A program made the translations under genes and the position numbers. A stretch of DNA of 59,333 bases. Origin: Cyanobium sp. Lineage in GTDB: Bacteria; Cyanobacteriota; Cyanobacteriia; PCC-6307; Cyanobiaceae. The notes beneath the pieces are model-generated. The model was not told the origin of the DNA. It searched no databases and saw only the letters and a list, made by a program, of their open reading frames with translations. The DNA lies in contig JBJTQT010000131.1 in the NCBI GenBank assembly GCA_046075745.1, positions 1 through 59,333 of the forward strand. The letters run 5' to 3'. The first letter of the stretch is position 1. Each line of letters opens with the position of its first letter. Below, piece by piece: positions 1-10,059 of the stretch.

Positions 1-549
1 GGCCTTGCGGGCATGCACCGCGAAGCGGCCCGCACCGGCCGCCGCCACCGTGTCCACAAACTGCAACAGCTCGGCGAACCCATCCTGATGGTCGATGCCG
101 ATGCGGTGTTTCACCGTGACGGGCAACCCACTGGAGGTGGCCATGGCGGCCACGCACTCCGCCACCCGCTCGGGGCGCGCCATCAAGCACGCCCCGAAGT
201 GTCCCTGGCTGGCCTTCGGGCTTGGACAGCCCACATTCAGATTCACCTCGTCGTAGCCCCAGTCCGCGGCCAGCCGGGCCGCGGCCGCCAGCTCCTGGGG
301 GGTTTCTCCCCCCACCTGCAGCACCAGAGGCTTTTCCAGCGCATCAAAGCCGATCAACCGGTCCAGCCGTTGTTGCCGCTCGAGATCGCCCTGGGGCGGG
401 CCCTCCCGCATCAGGTGATCCAGGGCCCGGGCCACCACCATTTCGCTGTAGAGCAGGCTGTGGCGGCTCACCTGACGCATCAGCACCCGGAAGTGCCGAT
501 CGGTGTAGTCGAGCATGGGCGCCACACTGAAGCGGTAAGCGTTCGGCAT
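1..549 (-). CDS. dusA: tRNA dihydrouridine(20/20a) synthase DusA, 3' end runs off the window
   Basis: Manual translation of the minus strand from ATG 549: MPNAYRFSVAPMLDYTDRHFRVLMRQVS...LLYSEMVV...NLNVGCPS...TVKHRIGID...VHARKA, the DusA signature motifs. Not in the ORF track. Confidence 0.93.
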   Translation of the reverse strand, partial: MPNAYRFSVAPMLDYTDRHFRVLMRQVSRHSLLYSEMVVARALDHLMREGPPQGDLERQQRLDRLIGFDALEKPLVLQVGGETPQELAAAARLAADWGYDEVNLNVGCPSPKASQGHFGACLMARPERVAECVAAMATSSGLPVTVKHRIGIDHQDGFAELLQFVDTVAAAGAGRFAVHARKA

Positions 550-555
550 CGTTCC

Positions 556-1836
556 ATGCTGCCCCCAAACCTGCCCATGGCGGTGTCGGTGCTGGTGGCC
601 GGGGGCGGGCCGGCCGGTTTCATGACCGCCATCATGGCCGCCGAGAGCGGTGCGCAGAATGTGTGGTTGCTGGAGGCCACCCCTGAGTTGCTCCACAAGG
701 TGAGGATCAGTGGGGGTGGACGCTGCAATGTGACCCATGCCTGCTGGGAGGCCCGTGCCCTGGCCACCCACTACCCCAGGGGTGGGCGGGCCCTGCTGGG
801 CCCCTTCTCGAGGTTCGGGCCTCGGGATGCCCTGCAGTGGTTCCAGCGCCATGGGCTGGATCTGGTGGAGGAAGCGGATGGGCGCCTCTTCCCCCGGTCA
901 CAGTCCTCCCTTTCCGTGGTGGCCTGCCTGCGCCGGGCGGCGGAGGCCGCTGGGGTGCAGGTGCGCTCCGGTCTGGCGCTTCAGCAGGTCGAGGTTCTGC
1001 CCCAGGGTGGATTCTCCCTCACCCTCCGGGACGGCCACGGCCTGATGGCCAACCGTTTGGTGCTGGCCACCGGCAGCCACCCGAGCGGCCACCGGCTGGC
1101 CCGCTTCCTGGGGCACAGCGTGGTGCCCCCCCTGCCTTCCCTGTTCACCCTTGCCCTGGGGGATCCTGCCCTCACGGCCCTGGCGGGGGTGAGCATGGAT
1201 TCGGTTGGCCTCACCCTTCAGCCACCCGCGCCTGCTGACCCTGCCGCTGCCCCTGCTCCCCAGGGCTTCTTTCGCCAGGCCGGGGCCGTTCTCCTCACCC
1301 ACTGGGGGCTGAGTGGGCCGGCCACCCTGCGCCTCACGGCCTTTGCCGCCCGAGACCTCAGGGCCTGGGGGTATCGCGGGGTCCTGGAGGTGGATTGGAC
1401 AGGGGGGCTTCGTCTCGATGCGGTGGACCATCTGCTGGCTGAGGCCAGGCTTCAGCAGGCCCGCCGTCAGATCGCCGGCACAAAGCCCCTTCCGTCTCTG
1501 AGCCGGCGGCTTTGGGCGGGGTTGGTGGAGGCCGCAGGCCTTCCGGCCGATCGCCGCTGGGCCGATCTGGATCGCCGGGGGCAGCGGGCCCTGGCGACAG
1601 CGCTGGTGGCGAGCCGCTACGAGGTGGTGGGTCGGGGACCCTTTGGCGAGGAATTCGTCACCGCAGGGGGCGTTCCCCTCAAGGAGGTGCACGGGGGCAC
1701 GATGGAAAGTCGTCTGCAACCCGGCTTGTATCTGGTGGGCGAGCTGCTGGATGTGGATGGTGTCACCGGTGGGTTCAATTTCCAGCTCTGCTGGACCAGC
1801 GGCTGGCAGGCCGGCCGTGCCCTGGCCGGTGCCTAG
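556..1836 (+). CDS. HI0933/YhiN/BaiN-family FAD-dependent oxidoreductase
   Basis: VAGGGPAG, KVRISGGGRCNVTH, THWGLSGPA, FVTAGGV and GELLDVDGVTGGFNFQ motifs. The real start is ATG 556 or 577; the ORF-track start at 13 is an antisense extension over dusA. Confidence 0.9.
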   Translation: MLPPNLPMAVSVLVAGGGPAGFMTAIMAAESGAQNVWLLEATPELLHKVRISGGGRCNVTHACWEARALATHYPRGGRALLGPFSRFGPRDALQWFQRHGLDLVEEADGRLFPRSQSSLSVVACLRRAAEAAGVQVRSGLALQQVEVLPQGGFSLTLRDGHGLMANRLVLATGSHPSGHRLARFLGHSVVPPLPSLFTLALGDPALTALAGVSMDSVGLTLQPPAPADPAAAPAPQGFFRQAGAVLLTHWGLSGPATLRLTAFAARDLRAWGYRGVLEVDWTGGLRLDAVDHLLAEARLQQARRQIAGTKPLPSLSRRLWAGLVEAAGLPADRRWADLDRRGQRALATALVASRYEVVGRGPFGEEFVTAGGVPLKEVHGGTMESRLQPGLYLVGELLDVDGVTGGFNFQLCWTSGWQAGRALAGA

Positions 1837-3077
1837 CGGATCTTCTCGAACACGGAGAACATCGGTAGATACATCGCCACCAGAATGGAAGCCACAATGC
1901 CGCCCACAAGCACAATCATGAAGGGTTCAATTAGGGAGGTGAGCATTTTGGCCGTTGTGCTCACTTCGTCTTCGTAAAAGTCGGCAACTTTGGAGAGCAT
2001 GCCATCCATGTTGCCCGTTTCCTCCCCAACAATCAGCATGCTGATGGCGAGCTCAGGGAAGACTTTTTTCATGGCCAATGCCGTGCTCAGCGGTATTCCC
2101 TCGCTCACATCAATGCGGGAGTTGCTGATGGCATCTTTGAAAATAGAGTTTGTGGCGGTTTCCGTGAGGATTTCCAGAGACATCATGATCGGCACACCCG
2201 CTTTGGAGAGGGAGGCCAGGGTCCGGCAAAACTGGGCGGTGGCTGTTTTTTGGATCAGGTCTCCGAACAGGGGCAGGCGCAGCATCAACCGGTCTATCTG
2301 CCGCCGTCCGATGGGCGTGTCGTAATAGGTCTTGAACCCATAGACCGAAACGAACAGGATGCCAACAAGCACAATCGAGAATGGTGATCGCAATGTCTTG
2401 CTGAGATCAACCATCATCTGCGTGAAGATGGGTAGATCAGCACCCAGTTGCTCAAAGATCTCCGCAAAGGTGGGGATGATGAAGATCGTCATCCCCAGAA
2501 AAACGAGAATCGCGATGACAAACACCGTCACCGGATAGCTCAGAGCACCCTTGATCTGGTTCTGCAACTTGGCGTTGTCTTCCAGTAGTTTGGCCAGGCG
2601 TTTCAGGGTTTCATCCAGCACCCCCCCGGCCTCCCCGGCCTCCACCATGGCGATGCTGAGCTTGTCGAACACCTTCGGCCAGCGCCGCATCGAGGTGGCG
2701 AGATTTTCCCCTTGATTCACCTCCTCGATCATGGCCGCGAGGGCCCGACGAAACAAAGGTGATTTCTGCTGACGATGGATCAGGTCGATGCTGCGCAGGA
2801 TGGGCACCCCTGCATTCACCAGGGTGGAAAGTTTGCTGGCAAACACCGCTTTGTCCTTGATGGTGGGCGGGCTCTCCAGAAGCTGGCTCAGGAGGCCCTG
2901 AGAGGGGGCAATGGCTGTGAGTGTGGCCGGGCTTGCACCCTCCTGTCGGGCGAGCTTCTCGTAATTGATGCCTCGTCGGCGCAGGGTGCGTCTGGCCTCC
3001 GCCGGGCTGTTGGCCTTGAGGGTGAGGCTCTTCTTCCGCCCATCACGGGTGGTGTAGTTAACGTTGAACGCGGTCAT
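1833..3077 (-). CDS. pilC: Type IV pilus platform protein PilC (T2SS F family)
   Basis: Two T2SSF repeats (AMVEAGEAGGVLDE; IVGEETGNMDGML), C-terminal AMYLPMF; follows pilT. Confidence 0.93.
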   Translation of the reverse strand: MTAFNVNYTTRDGRKKSLTLKANSPAEARRTLRRRGINYEKLARQEGASPATLTAIAPSQGLLSQLLESPPTIKDKAVFASKLSTLVNAGVPILRSIDLIHRQQKSPLFRRALAAMIEEVNQGENLATSMRRWPKVFDKLSIAMVEAGEAGGVLDETLKRLAKLLEDNAKLQNQIKGALSYPVTVFVIAILVFLGMTIFIIPTFAEIFEQLGADLPIFTQMMVDLSKTLRSPFSIVLVGILFVSVYGFKTYYDTPIGRRQIDRLMLRLPLFGDLIQKTATAQFCRTLASLSKAGVPIMMSLEILTETATNSIFKDAISNSRIDVSEGIPLSTALAMKKVFPELAISMLIVGEETGNMDGMLSKVADFYEDEVSTTAKMLTSLIEPFMIVLVGGIVASILVAMYLPMFSVFEKIR

Positions 3078-4147
3078 CCCTGCGTGAGAAGGCGCTCCAG
3101 CTCCTCAGGGCGTGTGGTCTTGAGCATGGCTTCAGACGGGCTGATGGCCTCCTCCTGGATGAGATTGGCCAGGGAGCGCTCCAGGGTGAACATCCCGTCC
3201 TTGGCTCCCGTCTGAATCTGTGAGTAGATCTGGGCCGTCTTGCCCTCCCGGATCAGGTTGGCAATGGCGGGCGTATTAATCATGATTTCCTGGGCCATCA
3301 CCCGGCCGAACTGTCCAGGCTGAGGGCGTACCCGCTTGCAGAGTGTTTGGGAGAACACCCCCAGGAGACTGCTGCTCAGCTGGACGCGGATCTGGGTCTG
3401 TTGTCCGGAGGGGAACACATCCACCATCCGGTCCACGGTCTGGGCAGCGGAGCTGGTGTGCAGGGTGCCAAACACGAGGTGGCCCGTTTCCGCCGCGCTG
3501 ATGGCCAGCTGGATGGTTTCCAGATCCCGCAGTTCCCCCACCAAAATCACGTCCGGGTCTTCCCGCAGGGCTGCACGGAGCGCGTTGGCAAAACTGCGGG
3601 TGTCTTCATTCACCTCCCGCTGGTGGATCACGGATTTCTGATTTTTATAGGTGAATTCAATCGGATCCTCGATGGTGAGGATGTGCTCGGCCCGTGTCTG
3701 GTTGATGTGATTCAGCAACGCCGCCAGCGTGGTCGTCTTCCCCGATCCGGTCGGGCCTGTCACCAGGATGAGGCCCTTCGGCTTGCGACTGGTTTCCTCC
3801 ACAACGGGGGGCAGGCCAAGATTGCCGAGGGGTGGAATGGAATCCCCCAGGGCTCGCAGGCAGGCGGCATAGGTGCCGCGCTGCCGGTAGACGTTCACCC
3901 GGAAGCGGGCCACACCACGCAGGCCGTAGGAACAATCCAGCTCCCAGTTCTGTTCCAGCTGTTTGCGCTGGGAATTGTTGAGCAGGGAGAAGATCAGCTT
4001 GTTGCACTGCTCCTCGCTCAGCGCCATTTCTTCCGCCATTGGCCGCAACTGGCCATTGAAGCGGCCGTAGGGAGGTTGGTAGGCCGCCAGATGAAGATCA
4101 CTCCCGCCGGCCTTCACCAGATCAGTCATCAGATCCTCGATCAGCAT
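3074..4147 (-). CDS. pilT: Type IV pilus retraction ATPase PilT
   Basis: GPTGSGKTTT, TIEDPIE, ALREDPDVILVGELRD, AIANLIRE (AIRNLIRE-like) motif. Confidence 0.95.
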   Translation of the reverse strand: MLIEDLMTDLVKAGGSDLHLAAYQPPYGRFNGQLRPMAEEMALSEEQCNKLIFSLLNNSQRKQLEQNWELDCSYGLRGVARFRVNVYRQRGTYAACLRALGDSIPPLGNLGLPPVVEETSRKPKGLILVTGPTGSGKTTTLAALLNHINQTRAEHILTIEDPIEFTYKNQKSVIHQREVNEDTRSFANALRAALREDPDVILVGELRDLETIQLAISAAETGHLVFGTLHTSSAAQTVDRMVDVFPSGQQTQIRVQLSSSLLGVFSQTLCKRVRPQPGQFGRVMAQEIMINTPAIANLIREGKTAQIYSQIQTGAKDGMFTLERSLANLIQEEAISPSEAMLKTTRPEELERLLTQG

Positions 4148-4163
4148 GGCGACTGTCGGCCTC

Positions 4164-5615
4164 CTAGCGGCGAACCCTGAGACAGTAGGGGCATTCCAGC
4201 CATTCGTCGTTCAGCCCTGCGCCACATCCTCGGCAGGTGAGGCTGTTGATGGCTCGAGCCCGCCGTTCCGACTCCAGTCCTGTGTCGGTGAGGAGCATCC
4301 GCTCCACCTCCTCCAGGCTGGTGAGACCCTGTCGCACCAGATCCAGCCCATAGCCCAGCAGGGTTTTCATGCCCGCCTCCAGGGCGAGGCGCCGCAGCTC
4401 ATGGGTGCTGGCCCGTTTGGCCACGGCGGCGGACAGGGTCTCGGTCATCGTGAGCACCTCATAGACCCCCACCCGGCCCCGATAGCCCCGCCCCAGGCAG
4501 GAGGGGCAGCGGTCAGGCGTGCCAGGGGCAACGGTGCGGGCCTGGTAGAAGGTGATCGCTTCCTCATCACTGGCCACCAGGCCGAAGTAGGCCAGTTCCT
4601 CATGATCGGGATGGTGGGGGATCCGGCAATCGGGGCAGAGTCTGCGCACCAGACGCTGGGAGATCACGCCCAGGAGAGAAGAACTCACCAGAAATGGTTC
4701 GACGCCCATTTCATCCAGCCGGGCGAAGGCGCCCACGGCGTCGTTGCAGTGGAGGGTGGTGAGCACCAGATGGCCAGTGAGGGCGGCTTCGATTGCCGTG
4801 CGGGCGGTTTCCAGGTCGCGGGTCTCCCCCACCAGGAGCACGTCCGGGTCCTGCCGCATGAAGGCCCGCAGGGCCATGGCGAAGTCGTACCCCTTCTCCC
4901 GGTTCACCTGGGTCTGGGTGATGCCGGCGAGGCCGTATTCAATCGGATCCTCCACGGTGGAGATGTTGATCCCAGGGTCGTTGCGTTCTGCCAGCACGGA
5001 ATAGAGCGTGGTGGATTTGCCGGAACCGGTGGGTCCGGTCACCAGGAGCATCCCGAAGGGCTTGCCACCCATGTCGCGAACCGCACCCCGGGCCTTGCCA
5101 TCGGTGATCAGGGTGTCGAGACCCAGCTGGGTGGCGCTGTTGTCGAGAAGCCGCAACACCACCTTTTCGCCATAGCGGCCGGGGAGGGTGCTGACCCGGA
5201 AGTCCATCACCTCCTTGCGGAACAGCCGGCGGATCCGGCCGTCCTGGGGAAGTCGCCGCTCGGCGATGTCCAGGTCGGCCATGATTTTGAAGCGGGAGGT
5301 CACCGCCGGCACCAGAGTCTTCGGCAGGTGGTCCATCGTCCGCAGCACCCCGTCCTGTCGAAAGCGCACCACCATGCCGTCCTGCTGGGGTTCCACATGG
5401 ATATCGCTGGCCCCATTGCTGATGGCCTCCACCAGGATCCGGTTCACCAGGCTCAGCACCGGGGAGGCGGCCTCTTCCCGCGGCTGGGCCTCGAGATCCT
5501 CGATGGCATCGGTGCCGGCTGCGTTCTGGCCGGTCTGACCCAGATCCAGATCCGCGAAGAGCGAGGGTGTTTCCGTGGCCTCGGGGGCGCTGGCTTGCAG
5601 GGTGTCTGGATTCAT
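4164..5615 (-). CDS. pilB: Type IV pilus assembly ATPase PilB (GspE/PulE family), short N-terminus, C-terminal CxxC...CPxC zinc ribbon
   Basis: ASDIHVEP, ERRLPQDGR, GPTGSGKST, RQDPDVLLVGETRD, TTLHCND; ATG 5615 avoids overlap with grpE. Confidence 0.88.
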   Translation of the reverse strand: MNPDTLQASAPEATETPSLFADLDLGQTGQNAAGTDAIEDLEAQPREEAASPVLSLVNRILVEAISNGASDIHVEPQQDGMVVRFRQDGVLRTMDHLPKTLVPAVTSRFKIMADLDIAERRLPQDGRIRRLFRKEVMDFRVSTLPGRYGEKVVLRLLDNSATQLGLDTLITDGKARGAVRDMGGKPFGMLLVTGPTGSGKSTTLYSVLAERNDPGINISTVEDPIEYGLAGITQTQVNREKGYDFAMALRAFMRQDPDVLLVGETRDLETARTAIEAALTGHLVLTTLHCNDAVGAFARLDEMGVEPFLVSSSLLGVISQRLVRRLCPDCRIPHHPDHEELAYFGLVASDEEAITFYQARTVAPGTPDRCPSCLGRGYRGRVGVYEVLTMTETLSAAVAKRASTHELRRLALEAGMKTLLGYGLDLVRQGLTSLEEVERMLLTDTGLESERRARAINSLTCRGCGAGLNDEWLECPYCLRVRR

Positions 5616-5763
5616 TGGGCGCCCTTTGGGGAGGAGCGAATGGAAGGGTGGGCCCCCTTCAGAGCCCGATCTACCGGAAGAGCTTCGAAGGTGCGGGCTT
5701 CCCCCGCTTGTGGAGAAGGTGGTAGAGGCTGGAACATAAGGCAAATCCACCGTGCCCGGCAGC

Positions 5764-6453
5764 ATGAGCGGCGACACTTCCCCAGCCCAGACCTCCCAGG
5801 AGTCGATCCAGGAGCCCGCTGAGGGCCTGCCATCCGCTGAAGCCCAGGCGCCGGTGGCCGACACCCCAGCCCCCGATGCCCCCGGGGATCCAGAAGCAGA
5901 CACCACCGCTGCTCCCACTGAACGGCTGCAGGAGCTCGAGACCCGGCTGGCAGCACTGCAGGGCGAGCATGAGGCCCTGCGGGCTCAGCACATGCGGATC
6001 GCCGCTGATTTCGACAACTACCGCAAGCGGCAATCCAGAGATCAGGATGACCTGCGGCTGCAGATCACCTGCAGCACCCTCAGTGAAATCCTGCCGGTGG
6101 TGGACAACTTCGATCGTGCCCGCCAGCAGCTCAACCCCCAAACCGATGAAGCCCAGAGCCTCCACCGCAGCTATCAGGGGCTCTACAAACAGCTGGTGGA
6201 GGTGTTCAAGCAGTTGGGCGTCGCCCCGATGCGGGTGGAAGGGGAACCGTTCGACCCCAACCTGCATGAGGCGGTGATGCGGGAACCCAGCCAAGACCAC
6301 CCGGAGGATGTGGTGATCGAGGAGCTGCAACGGGGGTACCAGCTGCACGGGAAGGTGCTCCGCCATGCCCTCGTCAAGGTGTCCATGGGTCCGGGCCCCC
6401 AGACGGATGAACCCAATGGAGACCTCGCCCCTGAGCAGGAGCACGCTGACTGA
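5764..6453 (+). CDS. grpE: Nucleotide exchange factor GrpE
   Basis: [44 protein letters not shown]. Confidence 0.95.
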   Translation: MSGDTSPAQTSQESIQEPAEGLPSAEAQAPVADTPAPDAPGDPEADTTAAPTERLQELETRLAALQGEHEALRAQHMRIAADFDNYRKRQSRDQDDLRLQITCSTLSEILPVVDNFDRARQQLNPQTDEAQSLHRSYQGLYKQLVEVFKQLGVAPMRVEGEPFDPNLHEAVMREPSQDHPEDVVIEELQRGYQLHGKVLRHALVKVSMGPGPQTDEPNGDLAPEQEHAD

Positions 6454-7565
6454 TGGCCGACTTCTATGAGGTTCTCGGCGTGGGTCGCGACGCCGATGCC
6501 GACACTCTCAAGCGCGCCTATCGACGCCTGGCCCGCCAGTACCACCCGGACGTCAACAAGGATCCGGGGGCGGAGGACCGCTTCAAGGACATCGGCCGTG
6601 CCTACGAGGTGTTGAGTGATCCCCAGGCGCGATCCCGCTATGACCAGTTCGGTGAGGCGGGCCTCGGTGGCGGGGGCATGCCCGACATGGGCGACATGGG
6701 CGGCTTCGCCGATCTCTTCGAAACCTTCTTCAGTGGTTTTGGGGGCGGTGGTGTGGGCGGAGGGCAAAGAAGGCGGGGGCCCCGCAAGGGCGATGATCTC
6801 GGCCTGGAACTCACCATCAGCTTCAGCGAGGCCGTGTTCGGCGCGGAGAAGGAGGTGCAGTTTCGCCACCTGGAAACCTGTGGCACCTGTGAAGGGTCTG
6901 GAGCCAAGGCCGGCAGCGGACCCACCACCTGCTCCTCCTGCGGCGGGGCGGGGCAAGTGCGACGGGCGACCCGCACGCCCTTTGGAAGTTTCACCCAGGT
7001 GGCCCCCTGCCCCACCTGTGATGGCAGCGGCCAGATGATCGCCGACCCCTGCACGGCCTGCCAGGGCCAGGGAGTGCAGGAGGTGACGAAGAAGCAACGG
7101 ATCAAGATCCCCGGCGGGGTGGACAGCGGCACCCGCCTCCGGGTGCCCGGGGAGGGGAATGCGGGGCAGCGGGGGGGTGGACCGGGGGATCTCTACGTGG
7201 TGCTCAATGTCAAATCCCATCCCCACTTGCGCCGGGAGGGTCTCACGATCTCCTCCGAGCTGGCCTTGAGCTATCTGCAGGCCATCCTGGGAGACACGGT
7301 GGAGGTGGAGACGGTGGATGGCAAGGAAAAGCTGGAGATACCCGCCGGCACCCAGCCTGGAGCCGTGCTCACCCTCAAGGGCAAAGGGGTGCCCAGGCTC
7401 GGCAACCCCGTGGCCCGAGGCAATCACGATTTCACCGTGAAGGTGCAGTTGCCCACCAAGCTCTCCGGAGAAGAGCGGGAGCTCCTGGAGCAGCTTGCCG
7501 GACACCACAGCCGCAAGGGCCAGCACAAGAGCGGGCTCTTCGGTGGGTTGTTCGGGGGCGGATGA
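6453..7565 (+). CDS. dnaJ: Chaperone DnaJ
   Basis: J domain with HPD, G/F-rich region, four CxxCxGxG repeats; coupled to grpE (TGATG). Confidence 0.96.
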   Translation: MADFYEVLGVGRDADADTLKRAYRRLARQYHPDVNKDPGAEDRFKDIGRAYEVLSDPQARSRYDQFGEAGLGGGGMPDMGDMGGFADLFETFFSGFGGGGVGGGQRRRGPRKGDDLGLELTISFSEAVFGAEKEVQFRHLETCGTCEGSGAKAGSGPTTCSSCGGAGQVRRATRTPFGSFTQVAPCPTCDGSGQMIADPCTACQGQGVQEVTKKQRIKIPGGVDSGTRLRVPGEGNAGQRGGGPGDLYVVLNVKSHPHLRREGLTISSELALSYLQAILGDTVEVETVDGKEKLEIPAGTQPGAVLTLKGKGVPRLGNPVARGNHDFTVKVQLPTKLSGEERELLEQLAGHHSRKGQHKSGLFGGLFGGG

Positions 7566-7804
7566 GCCAACCCACCCCCGAGGCCTGCCTGGATCTGCGG
7601 GGCACCCCCTGCCCCCTCAATTACGTGCGCAGCCGCCTGGCCCTAGAGCGGCTCCCCATGGGCGGCTGGCTCCAGGTGGATCTGGATGCGGGAGAACCCG
7701 AGGAGATGGTTGCGGAGGGCCTGCGGGGCGAGGGTCACCAGGTGGTGCAGGGCCAGGCCCTGGCCCCCACGGCCGTGCGTTTGCTGATCCAGCGCGGTGG
7801 GTGA
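7562..7804 (+). CDS. TusA/SirA-family sulfur carrier protein
   Basis: [11 protein letters not shown] motif, 80 aa; overlaps dnaJ stop. Confidence 0.85.
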   Translation: MSQPTPEACLDLRGTPCPLNYVRSRLALERLPMGGWLQVDLDAGEPEEMVAEGLRGEGHQVVQGQALAPTAVRLLIQRGG

Positions 7805-8786
7805 AGCGGGCCGGGTGGTGGCCCTTGAGGCCAACTTCTGCCGCGTGCAGCTGGATTCCCCCGGTCCGGTGGGCCAGGATCAGCTTCTGTGCACGGCCAG
7901 GGCCCGTCTGGCCAAGGGTGGCCTGGCGATCTGCGTGGGGGATCGGGTGGAAGTCGAGGAGATCGACCTTGCACTCCAGCGGGGTGTGGTGGTGCGGTGC
8001 AGCCCCCGCCGCTCCCTGTTGTCCAGGCCGGCGGTTGCCAATGTGGACCGGGTGGTGGTGGTGGCGTCCCTGAAGGATCCGGATCCCGACCCTCTGCAGA
8101 TCACCCGCTTCCTGGTGAGTGCCGAGCAGCTGGCCCTGCCCGTGGAGCTGGTGCTCTCCAAGGCGGATGGGCTGCCGGAGAGCTGGCTTCACACCTGGTG
8201 CCAGCGGGTGGAGCGCTGGGGCTACACCCCCCTGCCGGTGTCCACCCATACGGGGACTGGTCTTGAGGCCCTGGCCCGGCGCCTGGCGGAACCGGGCATC
8301 GCCGTGCTCTGTGGACCCTCCGGGGTGGGAAAGAGCAGCCTGCTCAATGCCCTTGTGCCTGGGCTGGCCCTGCGGGTGGCCCCCGTTTCGGGGCGCCTGC
8401 GGCGTGGGCGGCACACCACCCGCCATGTGGAGCTGTTTCCCCTTCCCGGCGCCGCCGGTGCCCTGCTGGCCGATACCCCGGGCTTCAACCGTCCGGCCCT
8501 GCCTCGGAGCGCTGCGGAGCTGGTGCGTTGCTTTCCTGAGTTGCGGGAACTGGCCAGCCAGCCCTGCCGTTTCGCGGATTGCCGCCACAACGGTGAGGCC
8601 GGCTGTGTCCTCGGAGAGGACTGGCCCCGCCATGACCTCTACCGGCAATGCCTGCTGGAGGTGGAGTCCATGGGGGCGCTCCAGGCCACTGGCCGGTCCA
8701 AGGAAACCCGGCTTCGGCGGGCCTCAAGGCGCCGGCGGGATCTCCATCTGCAGGGATCCCTCAGCCCCCCAGGCCTGGAAGATTGA
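7797..8786 (+). CDS. rsgA: Ribosome small subunit-dependent GTPase RsgA
   Basis: OB fold, circularly permuted GTPase ([22 protein letters not shown]), CRFADCRH zinc finger. Confidence 0.93.
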   Translation: MGEAGRVVALEANFCRVQLDSPGPVGQDQLLCTARARLAKGGLAICVGDRVEVEEIDLALQRGVVVRCSPRRSLLSRPAVANVDRVVVVASLKDPDPDPLQITRFLVSAEQLALPVELVLSKADGLPESWLHTWCQRVERWGYTPLPVSTHTGTGLEALARRLAEPGIAVLCGPSGVGKSSLLNALVPGLALRVAPVSGRLRRGRHTTRHVELFPLPGAAGALLADTPGFNRPALPRSAAELVRCFPELRELASQPCRFADCRHNGEAGCVLGEDWPRHDLYRQCLLEVESMGALQATGRSKETRLRRASRRRRDLHLQGSLSPPGLED

Positions 8787-9102
8787 GCTCCAATCCTCCG
8801 GTAAGGGTGTCCATGCGTTCCCGCATGGTGTTGGTTGACAGGTCGTAGGCGGACCTGAGGGCTTCAAACACGGCGGCCTCCACCACGGCCTGGCCCTCGC
8901 CCAGCAGGGTGGGATCCAGTTGCACCTTCAGGGGCAGCTGGTTGCCCGAGAGCCACACGCTGGCCCGCCCATCGGCGCTTTTGCCCTCCAGCTCCATGGC
9001 ATCGAGCTCCTCCTGCAGTTTCTGGGCGTCCTGCTGGATCTGTTGGGCCTTGCGGAAGGCTTCGGTCAGCTGTCCGAAGTTGGGAAGACCAAAGCCAGCC
9101 AT
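8761..9102 (-). CDS. YbaB/EbfC nucleoid-associated protein
   Basis: [23 protein letters not shown]...SGNQ pattern. Confidence 0.9.
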   Translation of the reverse strand: MAGFGLPNFGQLTEAFRKAQQIQQDAQKLQEELDAMELEGKSADGRASVWLSGNQLPLKVQLDPTLLGEGQAVVEAAVFEALRSAYDLSTNTMRERMDTLTGGLELNLPGLGG

Positions 9103-9132
9103 GGCGCTTGTGCGGAGGAAGGGGACGTCCCG

Positions 9133-10059
9133 TCAGGGTAGGTCCCCTGGGGACCCGTCCTCGAAGCCCAGACGCTTGACTTCCGGATGCAGGGCGATGC
9201 CGTGAGCCTGCCGCACCCTCTCCTGCACCATCTCGATCAAGCGGTCGATGTCGCTGGCGCGGGCCGTGCCGAGGTTCACGATGAAATTGGCGTGCAGGGG
9301 GGACACCTGGGCATCACCCACCTGCAGCCCCTTGAGCCCCAGCCCCTCGATCAAGCGGCCTGCCTTTTCCGGTTCGGGGTTGCGGAACACGCTGCCGCAG
9401 CTGGGCTGCTGGTAGGGCTGGGTGCTGGTGCGGCTCTGCAGATTGGCGCTGGTGCGGGCCGTCACGGCGGCGGGATCGTGGCCTGGCTCCAGCCGGAACC
9501 GGGCGGTCAGCACCAGCAGGGGCTCCTCCTGCAACCGGCTGTGGCGATAGGCGTAGTCGAGCTCGCTCGCCAGAAGGGTGAAGGGAGCCGTAGGCCGTGC
9601 AGGATCGATCACCCGCACCGAGTGCAGCCACTCCGCCGTGCATCCGCCCTGGGCCCCGGCATTCATCACCACCGCCCCCCCCACCGTTCCAGGGATGCCC
9701 ACGCTCCATTCCAGGCCCCTCAGGCCCGCACGGGCCACTTTGCGGGCCAAGGTCGGGATGGGCTCCCCGGCCTCGGCCTCCACCCAGCCCTCTGAGGCCT
9801 CCACCACGCTCCCCTGAAGTCGGCGGCTGCAGAGGGTGAGGCCTGGGAGCCCCCCGTCGGCGATCAGCAGGTTGGAGCCGGCGCCGATGCAGCGAAACGG
9901 GAGGCGCTCCACCACGGCCCAGGAGGCCTGTTCGATCAACTCAGGTGCGCTGCCTGGTTCGGCGAACCATTCGGCAGGTCCGCCCACCCGCCAGGTGGTG
10001 AACTCGCGCAGGCTCACCCCCTGCCTCACGGCGCCGGGGGGGGCAGTCATGGCCGCCAT
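9133..10059 (-). CDS. murB: UDP-N-acetylenolpyruvoylglucosamine reductase
   Basis: [48 protein letters not shown]. Confidence 0.95.
   Translation of the reverse strand: MAAMTAPPGAVRQGVSLREFTTWRVGGPAEWFAEPGSAPELIEQASWAVVERLPFRCIGAGSNLLIADGGLPGLTLCSRRLQGSVVEASEGWVEAEAGEPIPTLARKVARAGLRGLEWSVGIPGTVGGAVVMNAGAQGGCTAEWLHSVRVIDPARPTAPFTLLASELDYAYRHSRLQEEPLLVLTARFRLEPGHDPAAVTARTSANLQSRTSTQPYQQPSCGSVFRNPEPEKAGRLIEGLGLKGLQVGDAQVSPLHANFIVNLGTARASDIDRLIEMVQERVRQAHGIALHPEVKRLGFEDGSPGDLP

Noticed and set aside
13-555. N-terminal extension of the 607-aa ORF
   Set aside because: It is the antisense shadow of dusA; family motifs only begin after 577.
4146-5822. Long antisense ORFs (also 34407-35909, 48456-49943, 58291-59313, 31706-33124 and others)
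   Set aside because: These are stop-poor shadow frames opposite well-recognised genes in high-GC DNA, with no motifs of their own.
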